A DNA stretch of 64,000 nt. It comes from Eledone cirrhosa. Taxonomy: Eukaryota. Under the pieces are notes generated by a model. The model ran no database searches. It was not told the DNA's origin and was given only the letters and a program-made list of their open reading frames with translations. Each line of letters opens with the position of its first letter. Position 1 is the stretch's first letter. Positions 38,411 through 52,700 of the stretch are shown one piece after another. The DNA lies in NCBI GenBank assembly GCA_964016885.1, contig OZ024753.1:29760001-29824000 (forward strand), read 5' to 3'. A program made the position numbers and the translations under genes.

Positions 38411-39229
38411 TTACTGTTAATACCACTCAACTACCCTCACTATTATTTCTTAATATGATTTTACAAAATATAATTATGTTGAAGGATATTTCATGGTCAT
38501 TTTACAATCATATTCTTACTTCTTCTGGAGTCAAGGTTTATTATTCAATCCCCTGATTTCTTAATTGAGATTTTGAAGTCTAAAAACAAGAATCAACCAG
38601 TATAGAAATTGTCAGCAATAGAAGTACCAGTGGAAACATTGTTACCTTAGTCCGATTTGACGATTTCTCCACCACTCGGTAATAACTTCTGGAATTTTGT
38701 CAATTGAATATTCTAACTATTCCATGATTGGTACTTTATTTATCGGCACTCTAGAAAGATTAAATAGAAGGAAACAGAAAATTTATAAACACTATTTTTT
38801 TAAATGTAATATTTGTTAATTATTCGTTAAATTATCCCTTTATGATAAATTCTTATCTATTTACTTTATTTTATTTTTTTAATTGGATACTAGATCATGG
38901 TATATCCTGACGTATTTCTACTCTCATATAATATAATAACGTCAAGCCTATTTACTGCTGGCTATGTCAGAAATATATATATTACGTCATCAGAGCTATA
39001 AATGAAACTAACGTATTTTTTAGTTAATTGTCTATGATTTTAGTCACTTGACTTTTTTGTTTTTATTTTTGTTTGTTTGTTTTTTGTTGCTACTTTTTTT
39101 TAAAACACTTAATGCTTGAAGTTATTCAACATGTTGAACTATTTTCACCAATACCAAATCTCCAAAATTTGGAAACTAGGCAGAATCATAATAATTCTAA
39201 AACCCAACACCAACTGAAGCAGTATCACA

Positions 39230-39472
39230 CAATCCTCTCTAATCTCATCTGCTGGACTGTTGGGGTGCCACAGATGACCCAGCAACCAGCTCCTTCCATT
39301 CCTCTCCCCTCTCCACCTTTCTCATGGTTGTACCCAATTTCATGCCTGTCAATTCCAGGATGTTGTCCTCCCATCTCTTTCTCTGTCTGTCTCTCTACCT
39401 CCCTCCTTGTACTGTTCCCTGCAGGACAGTCTTGGCAAGCCCTGAAGATCTTGTCACATGCCTGTACCATCT
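39230..39472 (-). mobile_element. RTE (BovB-like) 3' fragment
   Basis: RWYRHVTRSSGLAKTVLQGTVQGGR*RGRQRKRWEDNI. Confidence 0.8.
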
Positions 39473-39684
39473 CAATCACACTAAACAAAATCATAAAACG
39501 ATTTATATTCGTTACTAAGACTAAACCCTGCATTACAAGGTACTTTTTTTGTTTTTAGAGTCATATCAAACTTGAAAGTTGGGTATTTCCAGTCTCATAA
39601 AATAAAAAAAATTGAAGTATCTAGCTTTGTAAGTAAACTGACACAAATTATTGTGAAACCAAATTTTTTTTCCAAGCCCTTCTC

Positions 39685-40320
39685 AATAGGAAATGATAAT
39701 GGGTTAGGTGGTGTAGGCGTTTTATTTGCTGAGGAGTGGCTAGATAAGGTAATTGAGGTAGTGTGAGAAAATTATCAAGCTCAAAATTGTCATAGAGAAT
39801 AGAACCCCTGTAGTTATCTCTATTTATGCATCATGATCTTCTTTTCACTAGTGTGCTGCAAGCCAGTGCATTGAACCAAATTGAAATAGATTAATAGGAC
39901 ACCCTACATGCATCCCCTGACCAGGATTGTAGCTGTTTCTGTGGCCTCGTGGGAGGTATTAGAGACGGTGGAGATCCTGGTCTGGGGCTTCATGATCAGC
40001 ACTAAGTAAATATACAACTGAGTTATCAAGATCAGAATAGGCAGTAGAGCAACAATTAACTCTATTTATGCATCACAATCATGACTATGTAAAGAACAAA
40101 AAGACCGTTTCCATGAAGACCTCTTATAGACATCTTCAAGACAAAATGAGAGTGACTTCACCACCCTGGCTGGCAACTTCAATGGACATGTTGGGCAGCA
40201 CCAGGGTGGTTACTTTGGAGTGCATGGTGGATATGGATATAGCTTGACAACTGAAGAGAGATCAAGGCTACTAAAATTCTGTGATTCAAATGACCTAACC
40301 ATTTGCAACACTATTTTCAC
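39685..40320 (+). mobile_element. Decayed RTE apurinic-endonuclease fragments
   Basis: GNDNGLGGVGVLFAEEWLDKV...AGNFNGHVGQH...HGGYGY...LLKFCDSNDLTICNT parallels ORF 51391-53265. Confidence 0.8.
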
Positions 40321-40695
40321 ATTCGTATGAAGAAAAAAATCCTTCACGAAAACACTTTAATGTCGTTCCTTTTTTTAAGGAAAACGTTTTCGCTGTCTTG
40401 GAAATCCCCGAAATCGACAAGTAAATAATTTCACTTCCATGGGTCTCTTTAAACGAAAACATAAAAAAAACATATATATCTCAACAGCGTTACAGCTCTG
40501 AACTACTCTGCTACTCATGAACTTTACACTTAAGAAATATGACGGTTTTAACAGTAAAAACTTCTCAACATGCACACCGTTCACAAGTGATATCAACGAC
40601 AGCTTTCACTGGCTATCCATTTATTAACAAAATACTCAACACCTCCTTAATAAACAACACGAAAACTATCTCTCAGAAACCTTTGTAAAATACAA

Positions 40696-40857
40696 TTATT
40701 GTTTCTACTTTTAGCACAAGGCCAGCAATTACCCAATGCATTACCTTATCGACCCCGTAAGGATAGAAGGCAAACTTAACCTCAGCGGGATTTGAACTCA
40801 GATCGTAAAGGGGCGTAACTCTATATTACAAAGCATCGCGTCCGACCCCCTACCGAT
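40696..40857 (-). mobile_element. SINE family A
   Basis: Reverse complement of the consensus. Confidence 0.85.
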
Positions 40858-41634
40858 CAGGAGTATGTAATTTTCCAAATGGTAATAATATATACGTCCT
40901 CTTGCAAATTTAAATGTACACGACCTTCCCACTCTTAGCAAAACCACTTATGCTAAAAACATCTGTGTACATCATCCTCATATTTACCTGAGAAATGAGG
41001 CAAAATAGGGAGATTTTACATAATGAAAGCTATACCCATTTTCAAAAGAGAAGACATCTCACACTCACCGCAAAGTGGGTGGGAGATCTCCCCACCACAC
41101 GGGGAGAGTTGACAAGACATAGTAACTATTTCAAAAATTTGGTTAATTATTTCTAGTGAACTGTATTTCAAGGGATTAATGAAATTGAATGAAATATGTT
41201 ATTACGGCCTCCCTACGACGCCATCAGGAGTTATGGGTTCATACATAATCTATCTACAACAAATCAAACATAACTACAATACCATTCTAAGAACACTGCC
41301 CCATTTGCCCACTTCCAATAAACATAAAAACAATAATTGCCGCAGAATCAGTAACTCTGTTGGTGCTAGACACTGTGCATCATGCATACCACTAAAGATA
41401 ATTGCAGAAGAACAACTGCTATGCTTAGTTGAGGCCAATATTAGAACCTACAGATACACAGGACTACAACTTGTCCACACCGGACACAGTTTACCAAATA
41501 TATAAACCACCTGCATTAATGAAGAAATATATAGCATGATTGTAGGTCATCCTAAACTAGAATGTCCTAACCAGGAGTATATGAATATATAAGCTGAGTT
41601 TTGGTAGTCAATCTTTGGTTTCGTTTTCTAAAAA

Positions 41635-42090
41635 TAATTGTTTCTACTTTTGGCACAAGGCAAGCAATTACTCAGTGTATTACTGGTATTTTATTTTATC
41701 GACCCCGTAAGGATTAAAGGCAAAGTTAACCTCGGCGGGATTTGAACTCAGACCATAATACAAGATCCTTATGGTTTTCTTTCCTGTTTTACTCTTAGTT
41801 ATAGAGTCGTTAGAACGTCGGATAGAATGTTTTGGGGTATTCGTTCCCGCCGAGGTCAACTTTGCCTTTCATCCATTTGAGGTTGATAAAAGAAGTACTA
41901 GTCTAGTACTGGGGTAAATTCTTCCTCTATATCTCTTTCTCGCTTCCATTCTCTCACTCTCTATCCTTCTCTGGAAGGAATTTGCTGTTCAGACCTGGAG
42001 AGGTGGGATAGGCCAGGTTTTAAAAATGGCCATATATCAATACGACACCTTTTCGACTTCTTCAGGAGTTACAGTACCATGCATACATTT
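41635..42090. mobile_element. Partial SINE A (-, 41635-41751) and related SINE with extended tail (+, 41805-42090)
   Basis: Shared core motifs. Confidence 0.7.
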
Positions 42091-43904
42091 ATTCTTAATT
42101 ATCCATAAAGTAAAACTAAACTATACTCTGAAATCATACTGGTAATGATGATTTCGACAGTCTAGCGAAGAAAATGTGGAGGATATAGTGGGCAATTCTT
42201 TGGAGGTTTGGAATCGTAAAAAAGTTAAAAACCGTTGACTTAGACCGATGAGGTCAGTGCGATTAATGTTCAGTTTGAACATCCGCGGGGAAAATATGGG
42301 CATGAGTGTAATTACAGTTCTGAGAATTAAATTATACTCACCTTTATTTGTCAACATAACCGTCATCATAATATTACAAGTAAAAAGAGGGGGGAAAAGA
42401 AAGAAAAGGGAAAGGAAAAAAGGGGGGAAAACACAGAAGCTGGTAATACATACATCGAGGACCTCATAGACCCAGAGGCGAGCGAAAGGGGTGGACAAAC
42501 AAACCACTACCAGAACAGAAGTACAGATTGGGCAAATCGTTTATTATGAATTTCAAACACAGAGAAGAGTTAGTTGTCTTCAGATACAAGTAACGTCGTT
42601 AATTTTTTTCCTTAATTTGATTCCTTTTTCTCTTTTCACATCAGTGAATGTATCAATCACAAAAATGATTTCTCACGTTGTTACAAAGCTTAATTTAATC
42701 ATTGCGAGTGGAGCGTATCTAAATAATCGACCACAGTACTATTTGGTATCTATTTTATTGATCCTCTAAGGATAAAAGACTAAGTCGACCTCTGGATCGT
42801 CTCTGAATAGCTTCCTACAGTGTTTTTGTCAAAGTAAAATGGAAGGGCAAGACAATGGCAGCTGAGCGCCTTTATTGGACAACTAAAAGAATGATTTAAA
42901 AAAATCTGTAACCACTTCTAATATAGTTCGATTCCACATTAAATATTAGTATTGAATAGTCTGCTGCTGGTGATCGAACTTTGTAAAGAAGAATATCATG
43001 TTGATGCGCAGTCTGCAACTGATGGAGTTTAGCGTCACAAGAAGTGTGGTTTCAATGAAAATATTTATTGATACCTAGTTTGTATCAATAACATTTGTTA
43101 CACTAAAAAAACAGTAAAAGAGAGAGATATGATGTTACTAGAAACATATTTTCAGAGATAAAAGTTTCTAACAACAAGCAGTCAAAAATGGTGGGAGCAA
43201 TATTTGCCTTTACCAAGTCTGTTTTACATCGATGTAAACAGGCGGGCTTTTAACCAACATATTGACTGTACTTTCTTTCTGGCTGACGTGAGTGAATAGC
43301 ATATTTTCATGGCGTCTACAAAGCACTCTCTCTACTATCTGCCCTGATAGTGCTGTATCATATTAACTTCTGATAGGCTCCATTTGCAAGCCTCTTATTT
43401 TACCACTATACTACATGACTCCATTTTGATTCCTACAGAATAAAACGTTACTGAAATTTTTTTTTAAATGACCATAATTTAGTTATGTTTTGTTAAATGT
43501 AGAAATAACCGCTATATTATATGTAATTATATATGTTCAGTACTTTTAATTAAAAATTACTTTTTAGCGCGAGATTAAGCCAAGTATCAAATTTAAAGGG
43601 GAGGGAAGTGAGATATGACTTATTTTTCTTGAACGTAGGGAGCCAAAACATAATTAACGAGTTAGCTTGTGCTGAAGTTGAATCTTCCCACGAACAAAAA
43701 GCGAGGGAAAGAACGTTAAAAAACTTTCACAGCTACTCGGCTTTTCAGTACATTTTCGGTAATAAATTATATAACGGTGTTTGGTAATTTTTTTCTTTAA
43801 ATCACAAGTTGTAATTTATTCTATTCGATGAAATAATTGGAGAGTCTGTGGGCGTAAGCAAAAGTATAACTAATGCAGGTTATCGTTTCTTTACTTTCTT
43901 ATAT

Positions 43905-43975
<71 letters not shown>

Positions 43976-44649
43976 TAAGTATTTCCGAAGAAAAAGTAAA
44001 GGAAAAAAGAGTGCTCTATATATTGTACAGAGCTAAATAATTATATTGTGTTACTCTTTTACCTGCTCCAGCCATCTGGCTGAGGTCATGCTGGGGCACC
44101 GCCCTTGATTTATTATGTAAATATATATATATATAGTCCTATATGAGCGAGACACGGTCACCCGACCAACCTTGCATCAAGTGGGACAACACCCATCTAA
44201 CCCATGCTAGCGTGGAAGATGGACGTTAAACGAAGATGATGATGATATATAAGCATGGTACCCGTTAAAAATGACCTGAGTTTATTGTAGAAAATATTTC
44301 ATTTAATAATTGCTTGATTTTAACATTCTATGTAAAGATGCTTGAATCCTCAATCTTCCTTGCTGTTATCATCTGGCCATCCGTATTTCATTTTACATTA
44401 ATTGAAATCAATTATAATAATTGTCTTCCATATTTTCTTCAATCATTATCCAACTAAAATACGACTTAGTTCTACTTATGTATCTATCTTTAGACTGCTA
44501 CTGGGATTTGTGCTTTGTTGTTGTTATTGATGTTCTTGATGTTCTTGCCTGAAGATAGATATATTGGTAAATATACATAAATAGATAACTATAGAATGAC
44601 AGTCAAACAAACAGATAAGCCTACTGATACACACACACATACATATTGA

Positions 44650-44880
44650 TACTATGGGCATGTGGTTAGAATGTCTCGCGAAAGAATCGCTGGACAGATT
44701 TTATGGGCAAAACCAACCGACATGAGACCCAGGGGTAGATCCTGAGCAAGATGGTTGGATAACATCCATGAGCTTGGCTGGGCTGATCATGCTTGGGGAT
44801 CCAGCTGGATCAGTTGAAGACGGTTGCTTCTGACAGGACCCGTTGCAGGGAATGTTAGAGGACTCTGCCCCGACGACCCT
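44650..44880 (+). mobile_element. RTE-like LINE 3' fragment
   Basis: YYGHVVRMSRERIAGQILWAKP..RPRGRS*ARWLDNI. Confidence 0.75.
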
Positions 44881-45482
44881 CTCAAATTTCTTTGATTGTT
44901 ATCTGCCTTAACATACTCAGACATGAGAGAACAAACACCCATAAAACTACATAGATATATTCAAAACATCACTGGACAAGTAATGGTAAGAATTGTTTTG
45001 CTTTACAAAGCAAGCAAAATATTTAAATTCAATTGTATATATTTCTGTATGCATATTGAAAAATCCAGCCATTTTGTTTTGCAACTAACTAAAATTCTCC
45101 ATTCTGTAGAAAGAGTATTAATTCTAATTATTTACTTATATTACATGTTGATACTAATTTTAAATTCTTCTTCTTCGACATCTTCTGTTTCCATGGGGAG
45201 AAGTCGATGTTCATTCAACGTTGTCCAATCCACTTTCCTCTCTATCCACAGCAAAGCCAGCAAGTTTACTAAATATAATATTCTCTCTGGCTAGTTCATT
45301 ATTAACTTATGTGGTTTTGTGATGATACTTTTGGCTTCTTCATACTTGCTAAAATAAGATTTGAGAATTGTAAGTACATAGTCGAATTTAATTGAAAACA
45401 TTCTGACAATTTGGTGCCAATGAACTAGGATCATTTAAACCGGCCATATCCAGCCAGAACTGTCTCACTTCTTTCCGTTTAA

Positions 45483-45853
45483 CCCTTTAGCATTTTTCGT
45501 GATAAAGGCTTTATCACACATAATAATGAACCTATGATTTTAATATTAATTACTTTGAGGGCAGGGGATTGGCAGTATCAGTAGAAGGTCGGACGCCATG
45601 CTTTGCACCATAGAGTTACGCCCCTTTATGGTGTGAGTTCAAATCCCGCCGAGGTTCACTTTGTCTTTCATCCTTACGGGGGTCGATAAAATAAAGTACC
45701 AGTAATGTACTGGGGTAATTGCTGGCCTTGTGCCAATAGTAAAAACAATTATTTATTTTGAGAACATCAGTATGAGTGGCTAGTTATGGCCAGTTTGAAC
45801 AGAAAGAGGTGAGAGAATTCTGGCCAGATACAGCTGGTTTAAATGCTAAAGGG
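45483..45853 (-). mobile_element. piggyBac-like MITE interrupted by SINE A (+, ~45559-45748)
   Basis: TTAA|CCCTTTAGCA...TGCTAAAGGG|TTAA around an intact SINE. Confidence 0.85.
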
Positions 45854-46479
45854 TTAAGTACCTCAAAAAGACTTTACTTCTAACCTACAAAATCATCTCA
45901 TTTGAGAGACAGATATTTTGTCATCATCATCATCATCTTCATTTAACGTCTATCTTCCACGCTAGCATGAGAATAAGTAAATATTTCCGTTTAAGTTTTC
46001 CCACCTTTTTACACAACTTATAACATTCTGGACAGATTACACTCCTTCCAACCAGTTTTAATATACAATGCTCTATTGTAATACACTAATGTAATAATAA
46101 AGTGTATAAATATATGACGTTTATGATATACTCACTTGACTGCTATTTGAATTGAAACTGGACAGTATTTGTTCCTATCTCAAAGTAAAATAGATTTGTA
46201 ATATAACACTTTTGAAATCTAAACTGAAATACACATATTAGTACAGTCATTGTCCGTAACAATAATGATTTATAACATAACTGCGAAGCAACACATTTTG
46301 GGAGAAGGTGTCGTGAATTAAAGTAATAAATATAGAGGGTGTAGTCTATTAAACAAATACCTATTGGGGGAAAAAAATGCAGTTGCCCTGGTATGTTTTG
46401 AACACAAAAAATAAACTTATAACTAATACCACAAGGCATTTTGTTCAGTGCTTTAATGGTTCTGTCAGCTACAACCCTA

Positions 46480-46925
46480 ATAATTGTTTCTACATTTGGC
46501 ACAAGGCCAGCAATTACCCAGTACATTACTGGTACTTTATTTTATCGACCCCGTAAGGATGAAAGGCAAAGTTAACCTCAGTGGGATTTGAACTCAGTCT
46601 GTAAAGGGACGTAACTATGCTGGAAAGCATGGCGTCCGACCCTCTACCAATACTGCACCCTAATAATAATCTGCGTGTTATTTCAAATCGGTAGCCACCC
46701 ATGTTTTCTATTATCTTGGTAGCTAATAATGATTTCTATATAAGGTACAAGGCCAGCAATTTGGGGGAGGGTAAAGTCGATTGAATCAATCCCAGTGCAT
46801 TATTGGTAATTTATTTATCGACCCTGTAAGGATGAAAGGCAAAGCTAACCTCGGCGGGATTTGAACACAAAACGTAAAGAGACGTAACTATTCTACAGAG
46901 CTTGGTGTCTGCCAATCCACCACCC
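46480..46925 (-). mobile_element. Two SINE A-family copies (46480-46656, 46730-46925)
   Basis: TSD-like flanks accctaataat and tggtagc.aataat. Confidence 0.85.
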
Positions 46926-47724
46926 TTCCTGGTAGCCAATAATAAAGCACTATTCACTCACAATCGATCAGTAGACGTTTTACTTGAATAGATTCTGCTG
47001 ACAATATGCAAGGACATCTAAATACAGATGGATTAAGACAAATTTTTGGAAGACAACTGTAGCAGTTCAGTTTAAGCAGTTGTGCCATGGTGTGCAGTGT
47101 ATTTTGATGGTATCATCTTTCAATATCTGAACTGTTTTGCTTTTTTGAGAAACATTTTGAACCCATTACGAGTGGAAAAAAGTGAATATAGATTATCGTT
47201 TTGATAGTGTCAAAAATGACACTCCTCAGAAAGCAAGCCCAAACCAGTTCTGTATGAACAAGATGCGGTCATCTAATCTGGCTTGTCTCACAATGGGGCA
47301 ACTCGTCTAAACTACGCTAGTGTGGAAAAATTGATGTTAAACAGTGATGATGATGAATTATAATAAATTTTACTAAGCATAGAAATATTAAAGAAAAGTT
47401 GTATATTTATTATACATGAGAGATTTTATTCTGAGATTTATTGCATTTTACAAATGTTTTGTAGTTCATATTTTTTTTATAGAAGCTATCTCTAGTCTCC
47501 TTGGATTCTACTGGTTCACATTGATAAAATGATTGCTAGCATACACTCATACACACCTACGACAGACTTCTGCAAGTTCCACTCTCATGGTATTAGTCAA
47601 CCCAAGGCTATAGCAGAAGACACTTGTCCAAGGTGCCACTCAGCAAGACTGAACACAGAACCAATTGGTTACGAATTAAACCCTTTAACTTCTCAGCCAT
47701 GCCTGTACCTTATATTATATATAA

Positions 47725-48025
47725 CTAGATGGGAGCAGCGGCTTCACCCTCTTTCTGTCGCACATTCTCTCTCTCTCTCTCTAAACAAAGGACGTTCTTT
47801 TTCTCTCTCTATTTATGTTCATATCTTTCTCTTGGCGCTCCCCTTTCTCTATATATATAGATAAAGGCGTTATAACTTTGTCTATCTACCTCTTTCTGTC
47901 ACCTTGAAAACACAGTGTTTCCCTTTCTCTATCTATCTATATAAATATCTCTCACTTGGCACTCCCCCTTTCTATATGAAGTGAGCATGATGGACAGACA
48001 GACAGCGCTCTTATTTTAAGATAGA
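47725..48025 (-). mobile_element. Non-autonomous Helitron-like element
   Basis: On minus strand: a|TCTATC...gctgtctgtctgtcc start and gggtgaagccgc...CTAG|t end. Confidence 0.5.
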
Positions 48026-48361
48026 TTATATAAATTATTTTATACTTTAGTTTAGAAAACCAGTCATTAAAAATAAAAACAATTATATTTTTCAGATTTC
48101 TGACATTGGCAAAGGTCACAAATTTTGGAGGATATTATAGTTATAGTTGATTAAAGGAACCCCAGCAGATGACTGGTATCCTGGGAGGATAAAAGGCAAA
48201 TTTTACCTCAATGAGATTTGAACTCAGAGTGTAAAATTTAAAATATTACACACAAAAAAATACACATATGACATTATATTCTGAAATAGTTTGTTTCTGA
48301 AGTTTTTCCATATTGTGCTGCATCAATAGCTTAATGTATTGATTCTTTGTTTGAACCTATA

Positions 48362-48399
<38 letters not shown>

Positions 48400-48514
48400 C
48401 ATGGGCTTGTTGAAGATGTTGCTAATTCCCAGAAGTGACGAGAGGCTTTTTTTTTCTTGTAAACTGATGGAAATGTAGTCAATACATTTGAGTCATTTTA
48501 TTACTTGCAATTGT

Positions 48515-48778
48515 ATGTTTGTTGTTGGTGCTATTGTTGTTGTTGTCAGTGGCAGTGGTGGTGGTGGTGATGGTGTTGTGGTTAGTAGTGATGTTGATGG
48601 TTTTGTCGTTACTGTTGTTAGTAGTGAGGTGTTGTTGCTGTTGTTAGAGGTAGTGGTGATGGTGTTGTTGTTGTTAGTGATGATGTCATTGTTAATGCTG
48701 ATGTTGTTAGTGGTGGTGATGTTGCTGTTGTCATCATTGGCATTGTTTTTTTATTGGTAGCGGTGATGGTAGTGGTTT
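48515..48778. repeat. Degenerate (GTT/GGT/GAT)n trinucleotide repeat
   Basis: Direct inspection. Confidence 0.85.
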
Positions 48779-49141
48779 TTAACTCTAGAGAGATCAAAAA
48801 CAAATGGTTTCACCTGAGACTTGAAGTCAGGAGAATAAAGAACTAAGCTTCCATTGCTATAAACTATATAGTCTGTCATTATTGATTACAGGGTGGATAA
48901 AATAAAGTACCAGTAATACACTGGGTAATTGCTGGCCTTGTGCCAAAAGTAGAAACAATTATTGATAATAATTATGATTTTTCTTAGATTGACAGAAGAC
49001 CAGAAATTATTAGGGAATGGTGTCTCAATTTATCCAACACCAATAATTGATGGTACTTATTTTGTTGAGCTCCATTTATGGGATTTGAACTCAGTTCAGA
49101 AAAACTAACTGAAATTCAGAAAATAGAAATATGTAACTTAA

Positions 49142-49334
49142 ACCTTTAGCATTTAAATTGACTGTTTCTGGCCAGAAGTTTCTCACCTCTTTCTGTTCAA
49201 ACCGGCAAACTTATGTTTAGGTATTGTTCTTAAAATAAATAACATCAAAATCTCATAGATTCGATATTATGTGAGATAAAGCCTTTATCTTGAAAATACA
49301 ATAGTAAATATAGAATAATATAAATTCTAAAGGG
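49142..49334 (+). mobile_element. piggyBac-like MITE
   Basis: TTAA-flanked, same body as 18204-18385. Confidence 0.8.
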
Positions 49335-49557
49335 TTAATATGGTAGTAGTATCAACAGCAGCAGCTGACACATAAATCAGCTTTATTTATTACCTCCCTT
49401 TGCTATTTTTTTTACTACATCATAAAAAGTCAATTTATGAACCAGTAAAAAAATGTTACCAAGCAACTTTGGTATTTACTATATAAGTTGGTGGTGGAAA
49501 ATTTTTCCATGTAAAAGTGGGCGATGATACAAAATAGGTTGGGAACCCCTGGTATAA

Positions 49558-49785
49558 ACCATTGTATATTATTAACCATGAAATACTATATATATATATA
49601 CCATTATTTACCATGAAATACTATATATATACCATTATTAACCATGAAATACCATATGTATATGCTATTATTAACCATGAAATACTATATGTGTATACCA
49701 TTATTAACCATGAAATACTATATATATATACCATTATTAACCATGAAATACTATATGTATATACCATAACCATGAAATACTATAT
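49558..49785. repeat. Minisatellite, ~33 bp unit (accattattaaccatgaaatactatatatatat)
   Basis: About 6 units, plus one further unit at ~56176-56206. Confidence 0.9.
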
Positions 49786-52700
49786 CATCATCATCATCAT
49801 CATCATCGTTTAACGTCCATCTTCCACGCTTGCATGGGTTTGGACGGGAGTTTTCCCACTTGAGGCAAGAGTGGTTGTCTTGCTCGCATAGGACTGTCTG
49901 GCGGGTTTTCTACGGCTGGATGCCCTTCCTAACACCAACCACGTTTACAGTGTGGACTGGGAGGTTTTTACCGTGTTACCTACACGGCCACATTACAGCG
50001 TGGACTGTGTGTTTTTATGTCGTGACACCTACACGACCTCATTTGTTTCGAGCTGGATGTTGTGGTACCAATATAACTTTACATTGAAAGGGGTGGTGTG
50101 GATGGGACTGTAGTAGGTTTCACTTTGTACTTAGGTAAGGCGGGTCTTCTGTATTACTGATCTCGGTCCAGTGACATTGTCTTGGAGAGGTGTAAGTGTG
50201 TGAGGTCGGAATTTATCAAGTCGTCCCAGGTTTTTCTGGGTCTGCCTACTCCGTGGCTACCGTCTATTTTTATTGCCCTGCACTTTTTTATAAAGCTGTC
50301 GTCTTTCATGCACATCACGTGACCATACCAACGTAGCTTCTCTCGAGTAAACAACATCTGATCCTCTTATTTCTAATTTTTCCCTTAGTTCGTTTATGCT
50401 TTTCCCGTTCACGTATATTACTATTACACATCCAGCGGAGAATGGAAGCTTCGTTCCTCTCCAGTCTGCGTATATCCTCTGCACACAATGCCCAGGTCTC
50501 ACTGCCATGTAACATTGCTGTTCGTATGCATCATACAGCCTGCCTTTCATTTTTAGAGAGAACCCTTTAGCGGCTAATAGTGGTATAAGCTCTCTGAACT
50601 TTTTCCATCCAGTTCTGACTCTAGCTACTGTACTTTCAGAGCACCCTCCACCACTGCTGATTTTGTCACCCAAGTAACGGAAGGTGTCCACTATTTCTAT
50701 AGAACCATCTGTGCAATGGAATGAGCTAGTATTCTGTGGGCACTTGCTTCTACTTATTGCACCAGAGCACCGGCCACATATAAAATCTATGTTCTTAGTT
50801 AGCTTACCTGTGATCCCACTACATCTTTTATGCACTCATACTTTGCATTTGGGACATAAAATGGAGTTTCTGCCTACTCCTTTCCTACACACTGAGCATG
50901 GCCATTTCCCGGATGGAACCGGTGCCCTATTTTCCTTCCTACAAACTAAAACTTTAGTCTTAGACAGGTTAATTTTAAGGCTTTTTGATTCTAGGCCATG
51001 CTTCCATGTTTGGAATTTCTTCTCTAGTTCAGCCATTGATTCAGCTATGAGCGTTAGATCATCTGCGTATAGGAGTTCCCATGGGCAGCCGGTCTTGAAC
51101 TCCACTGTTATAGCCTGAAGGGCAATAATAAATAGTAGGGGGCTAAGAACGGAGCCCTGCTGAACACCAACTTTTACGCTAAACTCTTCACTATATTCCT
51201 TGTTAATTCTAACCTTGCTGACTGTTTCTTTATACATGGCTTGTATAGCTCTCACAAGCCATTCATCAACACCTAGTTTTCTAAGAGCCCACCAGATAAT
51301 GGAACGGGGGACTCTGTCAAAGGCTTTCTCCAAGTCGACAAAAGCTAAGTATAGGTGTTTACTTTTAGCTAGGTACTTCTCCTGTAGTTGTCATACAATG
51401 AAAAGAGCGTCTGTGGTACTTTTACCTGACACAAACCCGAACTGCATTTCATCTAGATCAATTCGCTCTCTGATTAGTCGCGCTATTACTTTATCTGTGA
51501 CCTTCATGACCTGGTCGATTAATTTAATGCCTCTATAGTTACCCCTATCTAGGGCATCTCCTTTACCCTTGTAGCAGTTAATGATGATGCTGCTACGCCA
51601 GTCCTTCGGAACAACCCCATTCTGTATGACTTCGTTTACTATCCGGGTGACCATGGTGTGTCCCACCGTTCCAGAAGCTTTCAGCATTTCAGCAACTATT
51701 TCCGAATGCCCAGCCGCCTCACCCGTCTTCATATCTTTGATTGCCTTACTTATTATACTACCTTCGACTAACACTGCTGGTCCCTCTATTGGATTGATGT
51801 GGGGGAGACTGTCTTTCTCCCATTTATTCTCCTCATTTAGTAGCCTTTCGTAGTGACACTTCCAAGCTACCTTCTTATCAGTGTCAGTGATGGCAAGTAC
51901 ACCATCATCATTAAGGACACATTTCTCCCCAACAATATTACGGTTTTCCTTGACACATTGCCTAGCAATCCTGAACACCTCGCGTTGTAGAACATGCTTG
52001 AACTTTCTTTCCTCTGCTTCCCTTCTTGCGAAGTACACTTGTCTCCTAGCTTCCCTCCTGGCCACTTGATAGTCTTCTCTACTTCCCCCATCCCGCCATG
52101 CTTTCCAAGCCTGCTTTTTGGCCTTGATTGACCTCTCCACCTTACTGTTCCACCACCAAGTTACTCTCCTCCTGCCTATAGGCCTGCTCCAGCCACAGGT
52201 TTCATCTGTCGCCTTTAGCAGATTAGCTTTCAGGAATTCCCACTGTTTCTCTATATTGTACGACTCTAATTGCTCTTCCTTATTGTCGAAAGCATCAAGT
52301 AATATGCTTTTAAATTTATTACTGGCTGTGGGGTCCTTTAGCTTCCATATTTTTCTCCTGAGGATAGTCCTCTTCTGTTGTCGAGTACGTCTTGTCCTGA
52401 CTATGATGTCGCTAATTATCAGTCTATGTTGGGAGGTGCATTCTTCATGGGGGAGGGATTTAGTGTTTACAACAGACACTCTGTCACGTTTTCTGGTAAG
52501 GATATAATCTACCTGGCTGGTATGTTCCCCTGATCTGTAGGTGATCAAGTGATTGTCTCGTTTTTTGAAGTTAGTGTTACAGATAATTAGGTTATTTGCG
52601 TCACAGAATTCCAGGATTCTGGAGCCTTCCTCATTTCTAGTACCAAACCCATAGCCTCCATGGATTCCGTCATAGCCGTCACAATGTTGTCCAATGTGAC

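Noticed and set aside
45135-45350. Coding-looking minus-strand segment (…METEDVEEEEF…)
   Set aside because: Stops in all frames from the best acceptor; no partner exon found
48488-48803. Hydrophobic or Thr-rich ORFs
   Set aside because: Translation of a trinucleotide repeat
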